DNA of 64,000 nt from an uncultured delta proteobacterium (GTDB lineage Bacteria; Desulfobacterota; Binatia; Binatales; Binataceae): NCBI GenBank assembly GCA_963711565.1, contig CAVQEQ010000004.1, positions 1,312,001 through 1,376,000 on the forward strand, given 5' to 3'. This document shows, piece after piece, positions 49,831-58,660 of this stretch. Numbering within the stretch: the stretch's first letter is position 1; every line of letters starts with the position of its first letter. The notes under the pieces were generated by a model. The model saw only the letters and a list, made by a program, of their open reading frames with translations. It ran no database searches and was not told the DNA's origin. The translations under genes were made by a program, and so were the position numbers.

Positions 49831-50612
49831 ATCATGAACAGGCCCGCGAACGCCAGCAGCAGGAACGGGCCAACTATAATCAGGACCGGCTTGTCGTACG
49901 GCGCGACGATCATCCACGCGGGCAGAAACTTCGGCGCCCAGTATCCGGTCGATAGCAAATTTCCCAAAACCCACGCGCCGCCCTCGCCCGCTATCAGCAG
50001 CGCGAAACCGGTGGCGCGAAGCGGTACCGGCTTCAGCTTCACCTCCGGCATCACGTCAGTGTAAAGCATCCGGCCTTTCTTCACCCGCGGATAGACGGCG
50101 GCGAGGATGAACGGCGAAAGCGCCAGCGCCGAGATCATATTGTTGAAGATGATCACGTTGCCGAGCATCGCGAACGGCCGGATCACGAGCACGTTGTCGG
50201 CCCATCCGACCAGGTCGGCGCACAGCACGCTCGCCGCGAGGCACGCGATTACGTACTTGAAAATTATAATAGGTGAATTGGGCACGGGGCTCTCGCCGCG
50301 CGCGATCAATTCCCAGACCTTGTAGGGAATCCATCCGTACGCCAGGTTCGCGAAGAATCCGAAGATGTCGCCCGGCGACACGCCGCCGAAAAAATCGCCG
50401 ATCATATTTCCGATCGCCGAGCCCCACGCTGCCGCCGGACCGAACAGGAACGAGCACACGACCGGAATCGCGTTGGCGGGACGCAGTTCGGTGACGCCGG
50501 GAATCAGCGGCACCACCTTGAACGGCACCAGCACTGCCGCGTACAGCGCCGCCGAGATCGCGCACAGCACGACCATCCGCGTGTTGCGCCACATCAGGCG
50601 GAGATCGCTCAT
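49827..50612 (-). CDS. QueT-like ECF S (substrate-binding) component
   Basis: AALYAAV, ELRPANAIP, LFGPAAAWGSAIGN; multiple TM helices; first gene of S-A-T operon. Confidence 0.75.
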   Translation of the reverse strand: MSDLRLMWRNTRMVVLCAISAALYAAVLVPFKVVPLIPGVTELRPANAIPVVCSFLFGPAAAWGSAIGNMIGDFFGGVSPGDIFGFFANLAYGWIPYKVWELIARGESPVPNSPIIIFKYVIACLAASVLCADLVGWADNVLVIRPFAMLGNVIIFNNMISALALSPFILAAVYPRVKKGRMLYTDVMPEVKLKPVPLRATGFALLIAGEGGAWVLGNLLSTGYWAPKFLPAWMIVAPYDKPVLIIVGPFLLLAFAGLFMM

Positions 50613-50665
50613 CGCGGCACCGGCCACGCGATGCGCGCACGGCGCATGCCTGCTATACGGATTGA

Positions 50666-51442
50666 ATGATCGACAGCCACGTTCATCTCGACGCTGACCA
50701 GTATCCCGACCCTTCCGGCGCAATCAAGCGGGCGCATGATGCGGGAGTGTCGGCGATGGTCGTGCCGGGAGTCGGGCCGGCGTCGAATCGCGCGGTGCTT
50801 GAACTTGGGCGTAAGCATCGGGGCGTCATTTTTCCCGCACTAGGATTTCATCCCGAACGATTTGAACATAGTGAGGATGAGGCGCGCGCGGTGCTCGAGA
50901 TGATCGAGCGCGAGCGCGCCTCGATTTGCGCTGTCGGCGAAGTCGGGCTGCCGTGGTACGGCGAGCGCGCGGGGGACGCCGGTGTGATCGACGCCGCGAA
51001 ATTGACGCTCGCACGCTTCGCGCGTGCCGCAGTCGCGCTCGATCTGCCGCTGATACTGCACGCGCCGCACGCGCGCGCCGGCGAGGCGTTAGCGATAATC
51101 CGCGAGGCTCACGTGACGCGCGCCGTTTTTCACTGGCACAAATCCGACGAGCAGACCACGCGCGCTATCATTGGAGCCGGATACTTTATTTCGCTGTCGC
51201 CCGAGGTCGCCTACCGGGCGCGCGACCAGGATCTCGCGCGGATGCTGCCTGCCGACAGGATGCTCGTCGAGACGGACGGCCCGTGGGCACACGGCGGTCA
51301 ATTTGCGGGAAGATTGACCGAGCCCGCGATGATCAAGGAAGTCGTCGCTGCGCTCGCGCATCTGCGCTGCACGACCTTCGAGGAAGTCGCCGCCGCGACG
51401 ACAGCCAACTCCCGCACGCTGTTCCGAACTAAATCTTCGTGA
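50666..51442 (+). CDS. TatD-family deoxyribonuclease
   Basis: MIDSHVHLD, GFHP, VGEVGL, FHW, VETDGP. Confidence 0.9.
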   Translation: MIDSHVHLDADQYPDPSGAIKRAHDAGVSAMVVPGVGPASNRAVLELGRKHRGVIFPALGFHPERFEHSEDEARAVLEMIERERASICAVGEVGLPWYGERAGDAGVIDAAKLTLARFARAAVALDLPLILHAPHARAGEALAIIREAHVTRAVFHWHKSDEQTTRAIIGAGYFISLSPEVAYRARDQDLARMLPADRMLVETDGPWAHGGQFAGRLTEPAMIKEVVAALAHLRCTTFEEVAAATTANSRTLFRTKSS

Positions 51443-51475
51443 AATACGCACGCGCAGTCGCTACAATAAATCGAG

Positions 51476-51832
51476 ATGCCAATATACGAATATCGATGCG
51501 AGAAGTGCCGGCGGACTACCAGCGTTCTGACCACCCGCATCAGCGAAAAGGTCGAGGCGGTTTGCGCGCATTGCGGCGGCAAGAAAATGAGCCGGCTGAT
51601 GTCGCGCTTCGCGATGCCGCGCAGCGAGGAATCGCGGATGGAATCGCTCGCGGATCCGTCGAAGATGGGCGACATCGACGAGAACGACCCGAAGAGCGTC
51701 GCGCGGATGATGAAGCGGATGGGCAAGGAAATGGGCGACGAGTTTGGCGGCGCCGAATTCGATGAGGCGGTCGAGGAGATCGAGAGCGGCGGCGATTTGG
51801 GGGACGACGGATCGGATGAGGGGGATATTTAG
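51476..51832 (+). CDS. FmdB-family zinc-ribbon protein
   Basis: MPIYEYRCEKC...CAHCG; acidic C-terminal region. Confidence 0.88.
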   Translation: MPIYEYRCEKCRRTTSVLTTRISEKVEAVCAHCGGKKMSRLMSRFAMPRSEESRMESLADPSKMGDIDENDPKSVARMMKRMGKEMGDEFGGAEFDEAVEEIESGGDLGDDGSDEGDI

Positions 51833-52093
51833 GCTGCCGCATCTCTGCCGACCGAAAGAGGTTAGGATCTAGTTCGTTCGTCAGCCATCTTCTTCTTCCC
51901 ACCTGTCGTCGGTGACTCCGGGGCAGGCCCGTTGAACATTTAGACACCCTCCTCCGTCCAAGGAGACGACCACTCTTGGATACTGCCGAGGAGGGCTTCC
52001 TTCGGGATGACACGCGCAAGTGATCGATTCGCCGCTAGGCCAACCCCTGGCCCCTTCCCACGTAGGAGCGAGAACAATCGCCGGGGGGGCGCG

Positions 52094-52759
52094 ATGATAG
52101 ATACGTTGCGGGCGAGAGCTTTTCTCGCGCTGGGAAGGCCGGACGGCCGCCTCGGAATCTGGCTGTTGGGTCATCGCGAATACGTCGGCGGCGATTGGGA
52201 CGCGCTCGGGAAATTGCAGTTCGAATTCATGCTCAAGATGGGGTTGCAGCCGGCGCACGTCCTGCTGGACGTCGGATGCGGTGCACCGCGGGCGGGGGTG
52301 AAGTTCATCGAGTACCTCGACGACGGAAACTACCTCGGGCTCGACAGTGAAAAATGGCTCATTCAGATTGGAGTCAAGAAGGAACTGGGGACGGATCTAA
52401 GGCGGCGTAAATCGCCGCAGTTCGTAGCATCGAAAAGTTTCGCATTTGACCGATTTTCAAAGCGGCCCGACTACGCGATCGCGCAGTCACTGTTTACCCA
52501 TCTCGCCGAGCCAGACATCCGCCTATGCCTGGAGAAAATGCGGCGCTTCATCAATCCGGGAGGACGGTTCTACGCGACCTACTTCATTGCGGACGAGTCG
52601 CACGTCAACGAGTCGTCCCGCTCGCATTCGCGCCGCAGCTTCCGCTATCCGCGCGCGACGGTCGAAGACTTCGGCGTCGAAGCGGGATGGCGTCAACGAT
52701 ACATCGGCGACTGGGCGCATCCGCGCCGCCAGATGATGGTCGAGTACGTTGCGGACTAG
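52094..52759 (+). CDS. Class I SAM-dependent methyltransferase
   Basis: HREYVGG, LLDVGCG, AQSLFTHL, PGGRFYAT. Confidence 0.85.
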   Translation: MIDTLRARAFLALGRPDGRLGIWLLGHREYVGGDWDALGKLQFEFMLKMGLQPAHVLLDVGCGAPRAGVKFIEYLDDGNYLGLDSEKWLIQIGVKKELGTDLRRRKSPQFVASKSFAFDRFSKRPDYAIAQSLFTHLAEPDIRLCLEKMRRFINPGGRFYATYFIADESHVNESSRSHSRRSFRYPRATVEDFGVEAGWRQRYIGDWAHPRRQMMVEYVAD

Positions 52760-52762
52760 CGC

Positions 52763-52861
52763 CCTGATCCGCTTGGAGCATCACGCGCCCGACTGCGTTG
52801 ACAATAGCAATTTCAGCCGCCAAGCTTTTGCTCATTGCCCGTCAGGATGATCACTCGCGAT
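52763..52861 (+). repeat. Relic duplication of the ispF 3' end plus ispF upstream/promoter region
   Basis: 52763-52785 matches 54176-54198 (20/23); 52785-52861 matches 54709-54785 (71/77). Confidence 0.85.
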
Positions 52862-52899
52862 TCGGGGACGGCTCGGGTGAGGAGAATTGGTAGGGAGGG

Positions 52900-54180
52900 G
52901 TGCAGGATTCGGAGAAAGACCCGGGGTCCCTCGGCTCCGCGGATTCCGCTGGGGATGAAGCGATAAGGAAGATCCGGCGGCCGCGAGAGGATGTGGCCTC
53001 GGCTATCGGTGCCGAGCCCCGGCCGCGAAACATGCTGGCCTACAAATCGCTTCGCGGCACTGCGGCATCCGACCATCTCGATTTCGTGCGAGGAGTTGCA
53101 TCACTCGAAGTACTGCTCGGTCATTTGCGTGGCCTGTTTTTCGTAGAAATCGTGCACAACCCCAGCCCGCTTACCAGGATCGTATATTTCGCCACGGACT
53201 TCGGCCACGAAGCGGTAATGATCTTCTTCGTGCTGAGCGGATTTCTAATTGGTGGGACGGTGCTGCGCGGACGTATGGACAGGAATTTCAGTTGGAGCCT
53301 GTACACCACGAATCGGCTGACTCGTCTGTGGGTCGTGTTGATACCAGCTTTGTTCCTCGGCGCGGTTTGGGACCATGTCGGGATACACGTGTTTGGGACC
53401 TCGGGAATCTACGGACTGGCACCCGGCAGCACGGGAAGATACGCGGTGTTACCGCGGCTGTCGGGAAGTGTGATGCTTGGCAACGCGCTTTTCCTGCAAG
53501 GCATCCTGACTCCGACCTTTGGATCGAATGGACCGTTGTGGAGCTTGAGTTATGAATTCTGGTACTACGTGCTTTTTCCCCTGATAGTACTGGTCTATCC
53601 GGCGGAGAAGGTCGATTGGTCAACCGTTCTGTACGCGTACGCCACATTGATACTTGTGTTTTTTATAGGGCATCCCATTAGTTCCTATTTCCTGATCTGG
53701 CTCCTTGGCGCCGCGATAAATTTTGCGCCGGAAACGTCAGGCCGGTACGCCAGGGTCGGGATCGGGACCGCTGCCGTAGGACTGCTATCGGTTCTTGCCG
53801 GGATCAGACACATCCCAGGCATCGCGGGATATCTACCCGATCTTGCGGTTGGAGTTGCTTCGGCCGCTTTGGTATTTGCTCTGCTTCGCAGCCGCGCGAT
53901 GAGCAGGTCAGGACTATATTCCAGGATTGTGCGCAGGCTGGCCGGCTTTTCCTACACCCTCTATCTTGTGCATCTACCGGCGCTGATATTTATGAGCGCG
54001 TGGCTCGTTGCGGGACGACAATGGCAACCCGACGCAATCCACTTCATTGTGGTGGCAATCCTCGGCGTCTGCATGCTCGCATACGCATTCGGGATCGCTC
54101 AACTCACCGAATACCGGACCAGCGCAATCAGATCCCGCGTGACTGCCGCCCTTGGCAGCATCGGGAATCGCGCCACCTAA
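52900..54180 (+). CDS. Acyltransferase-3 (OafA/YrhL-like) membrane O-acyltransferase
   Basis: LDFVRG, FFVLSGFLI, RLTRL, WSLSYEFWYY, FSYTLYLVH; start uncertain (ATG near 53032 possible). Confidence 0.9.
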   Translation: MQDSEKDPGSLGSADSAGDEAIRKIRRPREDVASAIGAEPRPRNMLAYKSLRGTAASDHLDFVRGVASLEVLLGHLRGLFFVEIVHNPSPLTRIVYFATDFGHEAVMIFFVLSGFLIGGTVLRGRMDRNFSWSLYTTNRLTRLWVVLIPALFLGAVWDHVGIHVFGTSGIYGLAPGSTGRYAVLPRLSGSVMLGNALFLQGILTPTFGSNGPLWSLSYEFWYYVLFPLIVLVYPAEKVDWSTVLYAYATLILVFFIGHPISSYFLIWLLGAAINFAPETSGRYARVGIGTAAVGLLSVLAGIRHIPGIAGYLPDLAVGVASAALVFALLRSRAMSRSGLYSRIVRRLAGFSYTLYLVHLPALIFMSAWLVAGRQWQPDAIHFIVVAILGVCMLAYAFGIAQLTEYRTSAIRSRVTAALGSIGNRAT

Positions 54181-54662
54181 TCCGCTTCGAGCATTACGAT
54201 TGCTGACGCGGCCATGCCCTCGCCGCGGCCTAGCGCGCCTAATCCTTCGGGGCTGGACGCTTTCACATTGACTCGCGATTGATCCGCGCCGAGCGCGGCG
54301 GCGAGACGCTCGCGCATCGCGTCGAGATGCGGTTTCAGCTTCGGCTGCTCCGCGAAGATCGTCAGGTCGGCATTGCCGAGCCGCCATCCTTGATCGCTCG
54401 CCAGTTTCCAGACGGATGCGAGCAGAGCGATCGAATCGGCGTTCTTGTACTTCGGATCGTTGTCAGGAAAATGCCGGCCTAAGTCGCCCGCGCCGATCGC
54501 GCCGAGGATCGCGTTGGCGAGCGCATGCGCCGCGACATCCGCGTCCGAATGCCCGCGGAGTCCCTTGTCGTGCTTGATTTCGACGCCGCCGAGCACGAGC
54601 TGGCGCCCCGCTTCGAGCGGATGAAAATCGAAGCCGTTGCCTACGCGATAACGCGTTGCCAT
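54177..54662 (-). CDS. ispF: 2-C-methyl-D-erythritol 2,4-cyclodiphosphate synthase
   Basis: RVGNGFDFH, GHSDADV, GDLGRHFPD, NVKA, GRGEG. Confidence 0.95.
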   Translation of the reverse strand: MATRYRVGNGFDFHPLEAGRQLVLGGVEIKHDKGLRGHSDADVAAHALANAILGAIGAGDLGRHFPDNDPKYKNADSIALLASVWKLASDQGWRLGNADLTIFAEQPKLKPHLDAMRERLAAALGADQSRVNVKASSPEGLGALGRGEGMAASAIVMLEAD

Positions 54663-54721
54663 TGCGTCAACCCTCGCGCGCGAGCCCGGCAGGCGCATCA
54701 TTTGCGCTGCGCCCGACTGCG

Positions 54722-54750
54722 TTGACATTAGCTATTTCAGCCGCCAAGCT
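54722..54750 (+). promoter_or_regulatory. Candidate sigma70 promoter for the 96-aa membrane protein gene
   Basis: TTGACA-17 bp-CAAGCT, followed by AGGAGG and ATG 54784; both boxes conserved in the duplicate at 52798. Confidence 0.45.
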
Positions 54751-54783
54751 TTTGCTCATTGCTCGTCAGGAGGATCGCTCGCA

Positions 54784-55074
54784 ATGCCCGCATTTGTGAA
54801 GAACCCGAAATTCATCGTCGGCACAATCGTGGTCGTGTGGGTGGCGTACGTCATTTACGCAAACTTCCAGATCGACATGGTCACCTTCTACCTGCTGCCC
54901 TTCAACATCCTGAAACTGCAGCTCAGGCTTTCGGCGGTGATAATCGGCGCCGCGATTTTCGGGTCCGTCGCGACGATCGTGATTCACTGGCTGTGGGTGC
55001 GCCCCTCGAACAGTTCGTCGGCCGCGACCGCGCCCACATCGCCGTCCACGCCCAGGAGCAGCACCGTCGCCTGA
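54784..55074 (+). CDS. Small two-TM protein, LapA (LPS assembly protein A)-like
   Basis: TM1 ending YANFQ, V-F motif, TM2 LSAVIIGAAIFG; AGGAGG RBS. Confidence 0.55.
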   Translation: MPAFVKNPKFIVGTIVVVWVAYVIYANFQIDMVTFYLLPFNILKLQLRLSAVIIGAAIFGSVATIVIHWLWVRPSNSSSAATAPTSPSTPRSSTVA

Positions 55075-56252
55075 GCGCCTGCCTTCAAAATAGTTTCAGT
55101 TGACGGGCCTATCAGCAGGCCGTCGGCGCGCGAGAGCGAGCTTAAAATCCCCGAGCCCTGGCTGCCGGTCGGCGTCGCAACGAAACCATCGGCGTCGCGC
55201 TCGACTGTGACCCGCACGAACTCAGTCAGGTCTTTGGAGATTTTGATATCGACGCCGCATCGCGCGATGACGCGCGGGAGACCAACGCGCCGCCTCCCAG
55301 CCATCTTGAGTAGCGCGGGCCGTGCGTACAGATAGAAGCAGACCAGCGTCGAGACGGGATTGCCCGGCAGACCGAAGATCGGGCGGTAGTCTACCGTGCC
55401 GAATTTCAGTGGGCGCCCGGGCTTCTGCGCGACGCCGTGAAACAGTTGGCGCATCCCGAGTTCGTCGAGCGCGCCTTTGACGTGATCGAACTGCCCTACC
55501 GACACGCCGCCGGTCGAGAGTACCGCGTCGAAGGTCATCGCCTCGGTTAGGCGCTCGCGAATCTCACGCGCGTCGTCGCGCGCCACCTTGAGGATGACAG
55601 CCTCGGCGCCGGCTTCGCGTACCGCGCCGGCGAGCGCATACGCACTCGAGTTGACGACCTGCGCGCCGACCGGCGCTTGATCAACGTCAACCAGTTCGTC
55701 GCCGGTGGCAACGATTGCGACGCGCGGGCGGCGAATGACTTCCACCATCGCGCGATTCACCGACGCAATCGTCCCAAGGTCGGCGGGCGTGAGAATTTTG
55801 CCCGCGGACATCACCAATTCGCCGAGCCGCAAATCCTCGCCGCGCGGCCGGATGAATGCGCCCTTCTCGACGGCGGCGAGAAACTCGACGACATCTCCGC
55901 TGCCGCGCGTGCGCTCGACCGGGATAATCGCATCCGCCCCTTCCGCGATCGGCGCGCCGGTCATCGTACGGACCGCCTCGCCCGCGCTGACGCGACGCGT
56001 CGGCATCTGGCCCGCGCCGATAGTCTCTACGACCTTCAGCTTGACCGGGCTCGCCTCCGACGCCTTGGCAAAATCGGCGGCGCGCACAGCGAACCCGTCC
56101 ATCGCGGAGTTGTCGAATCCGGGGATATCGCGCGACGACCTGATCTCTTCGCCGAGCACGCGCCCCAGCGCCTCGAGAATCGGCACACGCTCGACGCCGA
56201 GCGCCGCGACATTTTCAAGAACGATCCGGAGAGCCTGGTCAGCGCTAATCAT
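54984..56252 (-). CDS. moeA: Molybdopterin molybdotransferase MoeA
   Basis: NSAMDGFAVR, TGAPI, ATGDEL, TGGVSVG, KPGRP, GLPGNPVS. Confidence 0.95.
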   Translation of the reverse strand: MISADQALRIVLENVAALGVERVPILEALGRVLGEEIRSSRDIPGFDNSAMDGFAVRAADFAKASEASPVKLKVVETIGAGQMPTRRVSAGEAVRTMTGAPIAEGADAIIPVERTRGSGDVVEFLAAVEKGAFIRPRGEDLRLGELVMSAGKILTPADLGTIASVNRAMVEVIRRPRVAIVATGDELVDVDQAPVGAQVVNSSAYALAGAVREAGAEAVILKVARDDAREIRERLTEAMTFDAVLSTGGVSVGQFDHVKGALDELGMRQLFHGVAQKPGRPLKFGTVDYRPIFGLPGNPVSTLVCFYLYARPALLKMAGRRRVGLPRVIARCGVDIKISKDLTEFVRVTVERDADGFVATPTGSQGSGILSSLSRADGLLIGPSTETILKAGAQATVLLLGVDGDVGAVAADELFEGRTHSQ

Positions 56253-56336
56253 AACGCAGAAAGGATACGCCGCTTGAGATCGGGAATGAACCTACGACCA
56301 GCAAATGCCGGTCCCGCGCAGGGTGCGAAAAGAGCC

Positions 56337-57311
56337 CTAAAGAGAGGGGTGGGTATACGAGGATTCTACGGGAACGCGGACGCTGTAGGAGCGCTCGTTC
56401 GGCGGCACGACGTCGCGCAGCAGCGCCGGGTTGAGTTCACGCAAGCGCTCCAGAGTCGTCCCGTGATCCAGCGCGACGCGGCTGAGCGGGGTGCCGCCGC
56501 GAACGTCCAGCATCTGGAAGGCCGGCGGATCATCGAGCTTTATCGGCGTGATTCCGTAGCTGTCAGCATGATGCGCGATATACGCGACGGCCATGAAACG
56601 TCCCATCAGCCCGCGCGTCCGTCGCGGCAGCCGGCTCCCGAACCGCTCCATGTCACGACCGCGAAGCGACCAGTAACGATTGATGGCGCGGTCGCCGTTG
56701 TTCCATGCGACGAGAGTCATCGGCCAGTCGTCGCCGGCTTCGTCGTGCAAGGTCGCCAGATACTCGGCCGCCGCCTTGGTGGACATCACGGGGTCGCGGC
56801 GCTCGTCAACATAGTTGTCGATTTTTAGGCCGAAGCGCTTCGCAGTTTCGGAATTGAATTGCCAGGGACCCTTGCCGCGCTTGGAAAATTCGCTTTCAGC
56901 GAAAGCCAGGTAAACCAGGTCGTCGGGGAGGCCGTAGCTGCGCAGCACCTTGACCATATCAGGCAGGTAGGGGTGACTACGGTCGAAGGTATCCTGCAGA
57001 TGGTCGGGAGAGCTCATGAAGTCCGACACGTAGCGACGAACTGCCTGATTAAGCTGAATCGGGAACGGCGGAACAGCCTCAGGCAATGGCATCACGTAGG
57101 GCGAGGGAATCGGCTGTGCGCCGGCTTCCGCTGGAGTCTCCAACTCGAAACCCGTGATTTGCTGCGGCGAGCTGGGAGTTGTGCTATCCGTCGCTGCCGG
57201 AACCGCCGATCCAAAGTCTTCGGCGTTTGCACGAGTGGACGCCCATCCGGCGAGAATCAGGACCGCCATCAGGACAACAAGCACTCGATAGATAAAGTTA
57301 GACTTACGCAT
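56337..57311 (-). CDS. Lytic transglycosylase, MltD-like SLT plus LysM-like domain
   Basis: LAFAES (catalytic Glu), WQF, DERRDP, AWNNG, LRELNPAL; signal peptide. Confidence 0.85.
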   Translation of the reverse strand: MRKSNFIYRVLVVLMAVLILAGWASTRANAEDFGSAVPAATDSTTPSSPQQITGFELETPAEAGAQPIPSPYVMPLPEAVPPFPIQLNQAVRRYVSDFMSSPDHLQDTFDRSHPYLPDMVKVLRSYGLPDDLVYLAFAESEFSKRGKGPWQFNSETAKRFGLKIDNYVDERRDPVMSTKAAAEYLATLHDEAGDDWPMTLVAWNNGDRAINRYWSLRGRDMERFGSRLPRRTRGLMGRFMAVAYIAHHADSYGITPIKLDDPPAFQMLDVRGGTPLSRVALDHGTTLERLRELNPALLRDVVPPNERSYSVRVPVESSYTHPSL

Positions 57312-57545
57312 TCTCCCCCGAGAAAGATGAGCCCAACCGTACCGACCGAAACGACCGCGATCAACCAATTCGAGGTGGATAATCCATTAAAAAGTCTAAT
57401 AGTGGACCTTGTAATTCTTAATAAATGCTTGCAAATGCTCACGAATCTTGAAGCTGGATGGCGGCAATATTCGTTACGTCAATTTCAGCCAATCTAGTCG
57501 TTTATGTTACGGTGACTGCCGATGGCCTGAAAAGCGGGAACAAAT

Positions 57546-58646
57546 TTGAACCTCTGGCACGACATCATCGACAGTCTGACCGACGCGATCATCGTGCTTT
57601 CACCTGCCATGGAACCCCAGGTGGTCAATCCCGCCGCAGAAACGATGCTCGGGGTTTCCCAGGTCAACACCGCGATGGTCGCCGACCTCGTGCGCCAAAA
57701 CGATTGGCTCGGGCGGATGGTCGGGGCATGCCTCGAGAGCGGTCACGACTTGGGCGACATGGAGACCGTGCTGACCGCAGGCCCACGCGAGGTCGCCGTT
57801 CGCGTCGAGGTCTCGCCCCTGCTGAATGCCGAGGGACGCCCCGGCGGCGTCATCATTCTGCTTCATGACCTGTCCCACGAAAAGGAGGCGGCCGAGGCTG
57901 CCGTTACCGGCGACCTGAGCTTGCGCCTGTCTCCCGCCGGCCTCGCGCATGAGGTCAAGAATCCGCTGACCGGCATCAAGGGCGCCGCCGAACTGATCGC
58001 CGGGATGTTTCCCGAGGACGCCCGCGCGCAGCAGTACTGCAGCGTGATCCTCGACGGCGTCAACCGCATCGCGTCGCTCGTCGAGCAGGTCTTGATGGTC
58101 AGCGGACCGCAGCGCCTCGCGCAGGAGCCGGTCAACATCCACATGGTGCTGCATCAGGCGATGCGGATGGCGGGGCTGTTCCCGCAGCCGCCCGAGGGCG
58201 TCGTCGTGGTGCAGGATTTCGACCCCAGCCTGCCCGATGTGATGGGAGACACAGCAGCCCTGGAACGAACGTTCCTCAACCTCATAAAGAATGCGGCGGA
58301 AGCGATCGGCGAGTCGGGCACGATTCGGCTGCATACGCGAATCGAGCGCGAATTCAGGATGACCGCCGAGGGGCGCCGCCGCCAGTTCCTGCGAGTCGAG
58401 GTCAGCGACAGCGGCGTCGGCATCGCGGAGGACCAGCTAGCCCAGCTCTTCACCCCGTTCTTCACGACGAAGCCCGCCGGCACCGGCCTGGGTCTCGTGC
58501 TATGCCAGCGAATCATCGCGCTGCACGGCGGTCGCCTGTGGGCGCAGCGAGGCGGCGTCAACCGCGTGAAAGGCACGGCGGCCTCTCACGGCATGACGTT
58601 CAAGGTGACGCTCCCGATGATGCCGACTGACAAGCGCCCGCAATAG
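57546..58646 (+). CDS. NtrB/GlnL-like cytoplasmic PAS histidine kinase
   Basis: PAS (VNPAAE), GLAHEVKNPLTGIKGAAEL, DFDPSLP, NLIKNA, PFFTTK, GTGLGL. Confidence 0.85.
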   Translation: MNLWHDIIDSLTDAIIVLSPAMEPQVVNPAAETMLGVSQVNTAMVADLVRQNDWLGRMVGACLESGHDLGDMETVLTAGPREVAVRVEVSPLLNAEGRPGGVIILLHDLSHEKEAAEAAVTGDLSLRLSPAGLAHEVKNPLTGIKGAAELIAGMFPEDARAQQYCSVILDGVNRIASLVEQVLMVSGPQRLAQEPVNIHMVLHQAMRMAGLFPQPPEGVVVVQDFDPSLPDVMGDTAALERTFLNLIKNAAEAIGESGTIRLHTRIEREFRMTAEGRRRQFLRVEVSDSGVGIAEDQLAQLFTPFFTTKPAGTGLGLVLCQRIIALHGGRLWAQRGGVNRVKGTAASHGMTFKVTLPMMPTDKRPQ

Positions 58647-58660
58647 GCCGACCTGAACCG

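Noticed and set aside
51900-52012. 6S RNA
   Set aside because: Some resemblance (rod with bulge, TTGAAC) but shorter than typical 6S and competing pairings; kept only as an unexplained structured element
57420-57570. Sigma54 promoter or NtrC sites near the ntrB-like gene
   Set aside because: TGGCAC near 57555 lies inside the CDS and lacks the -12 TTGC; no convincing TGCAC-N7-GTGCA
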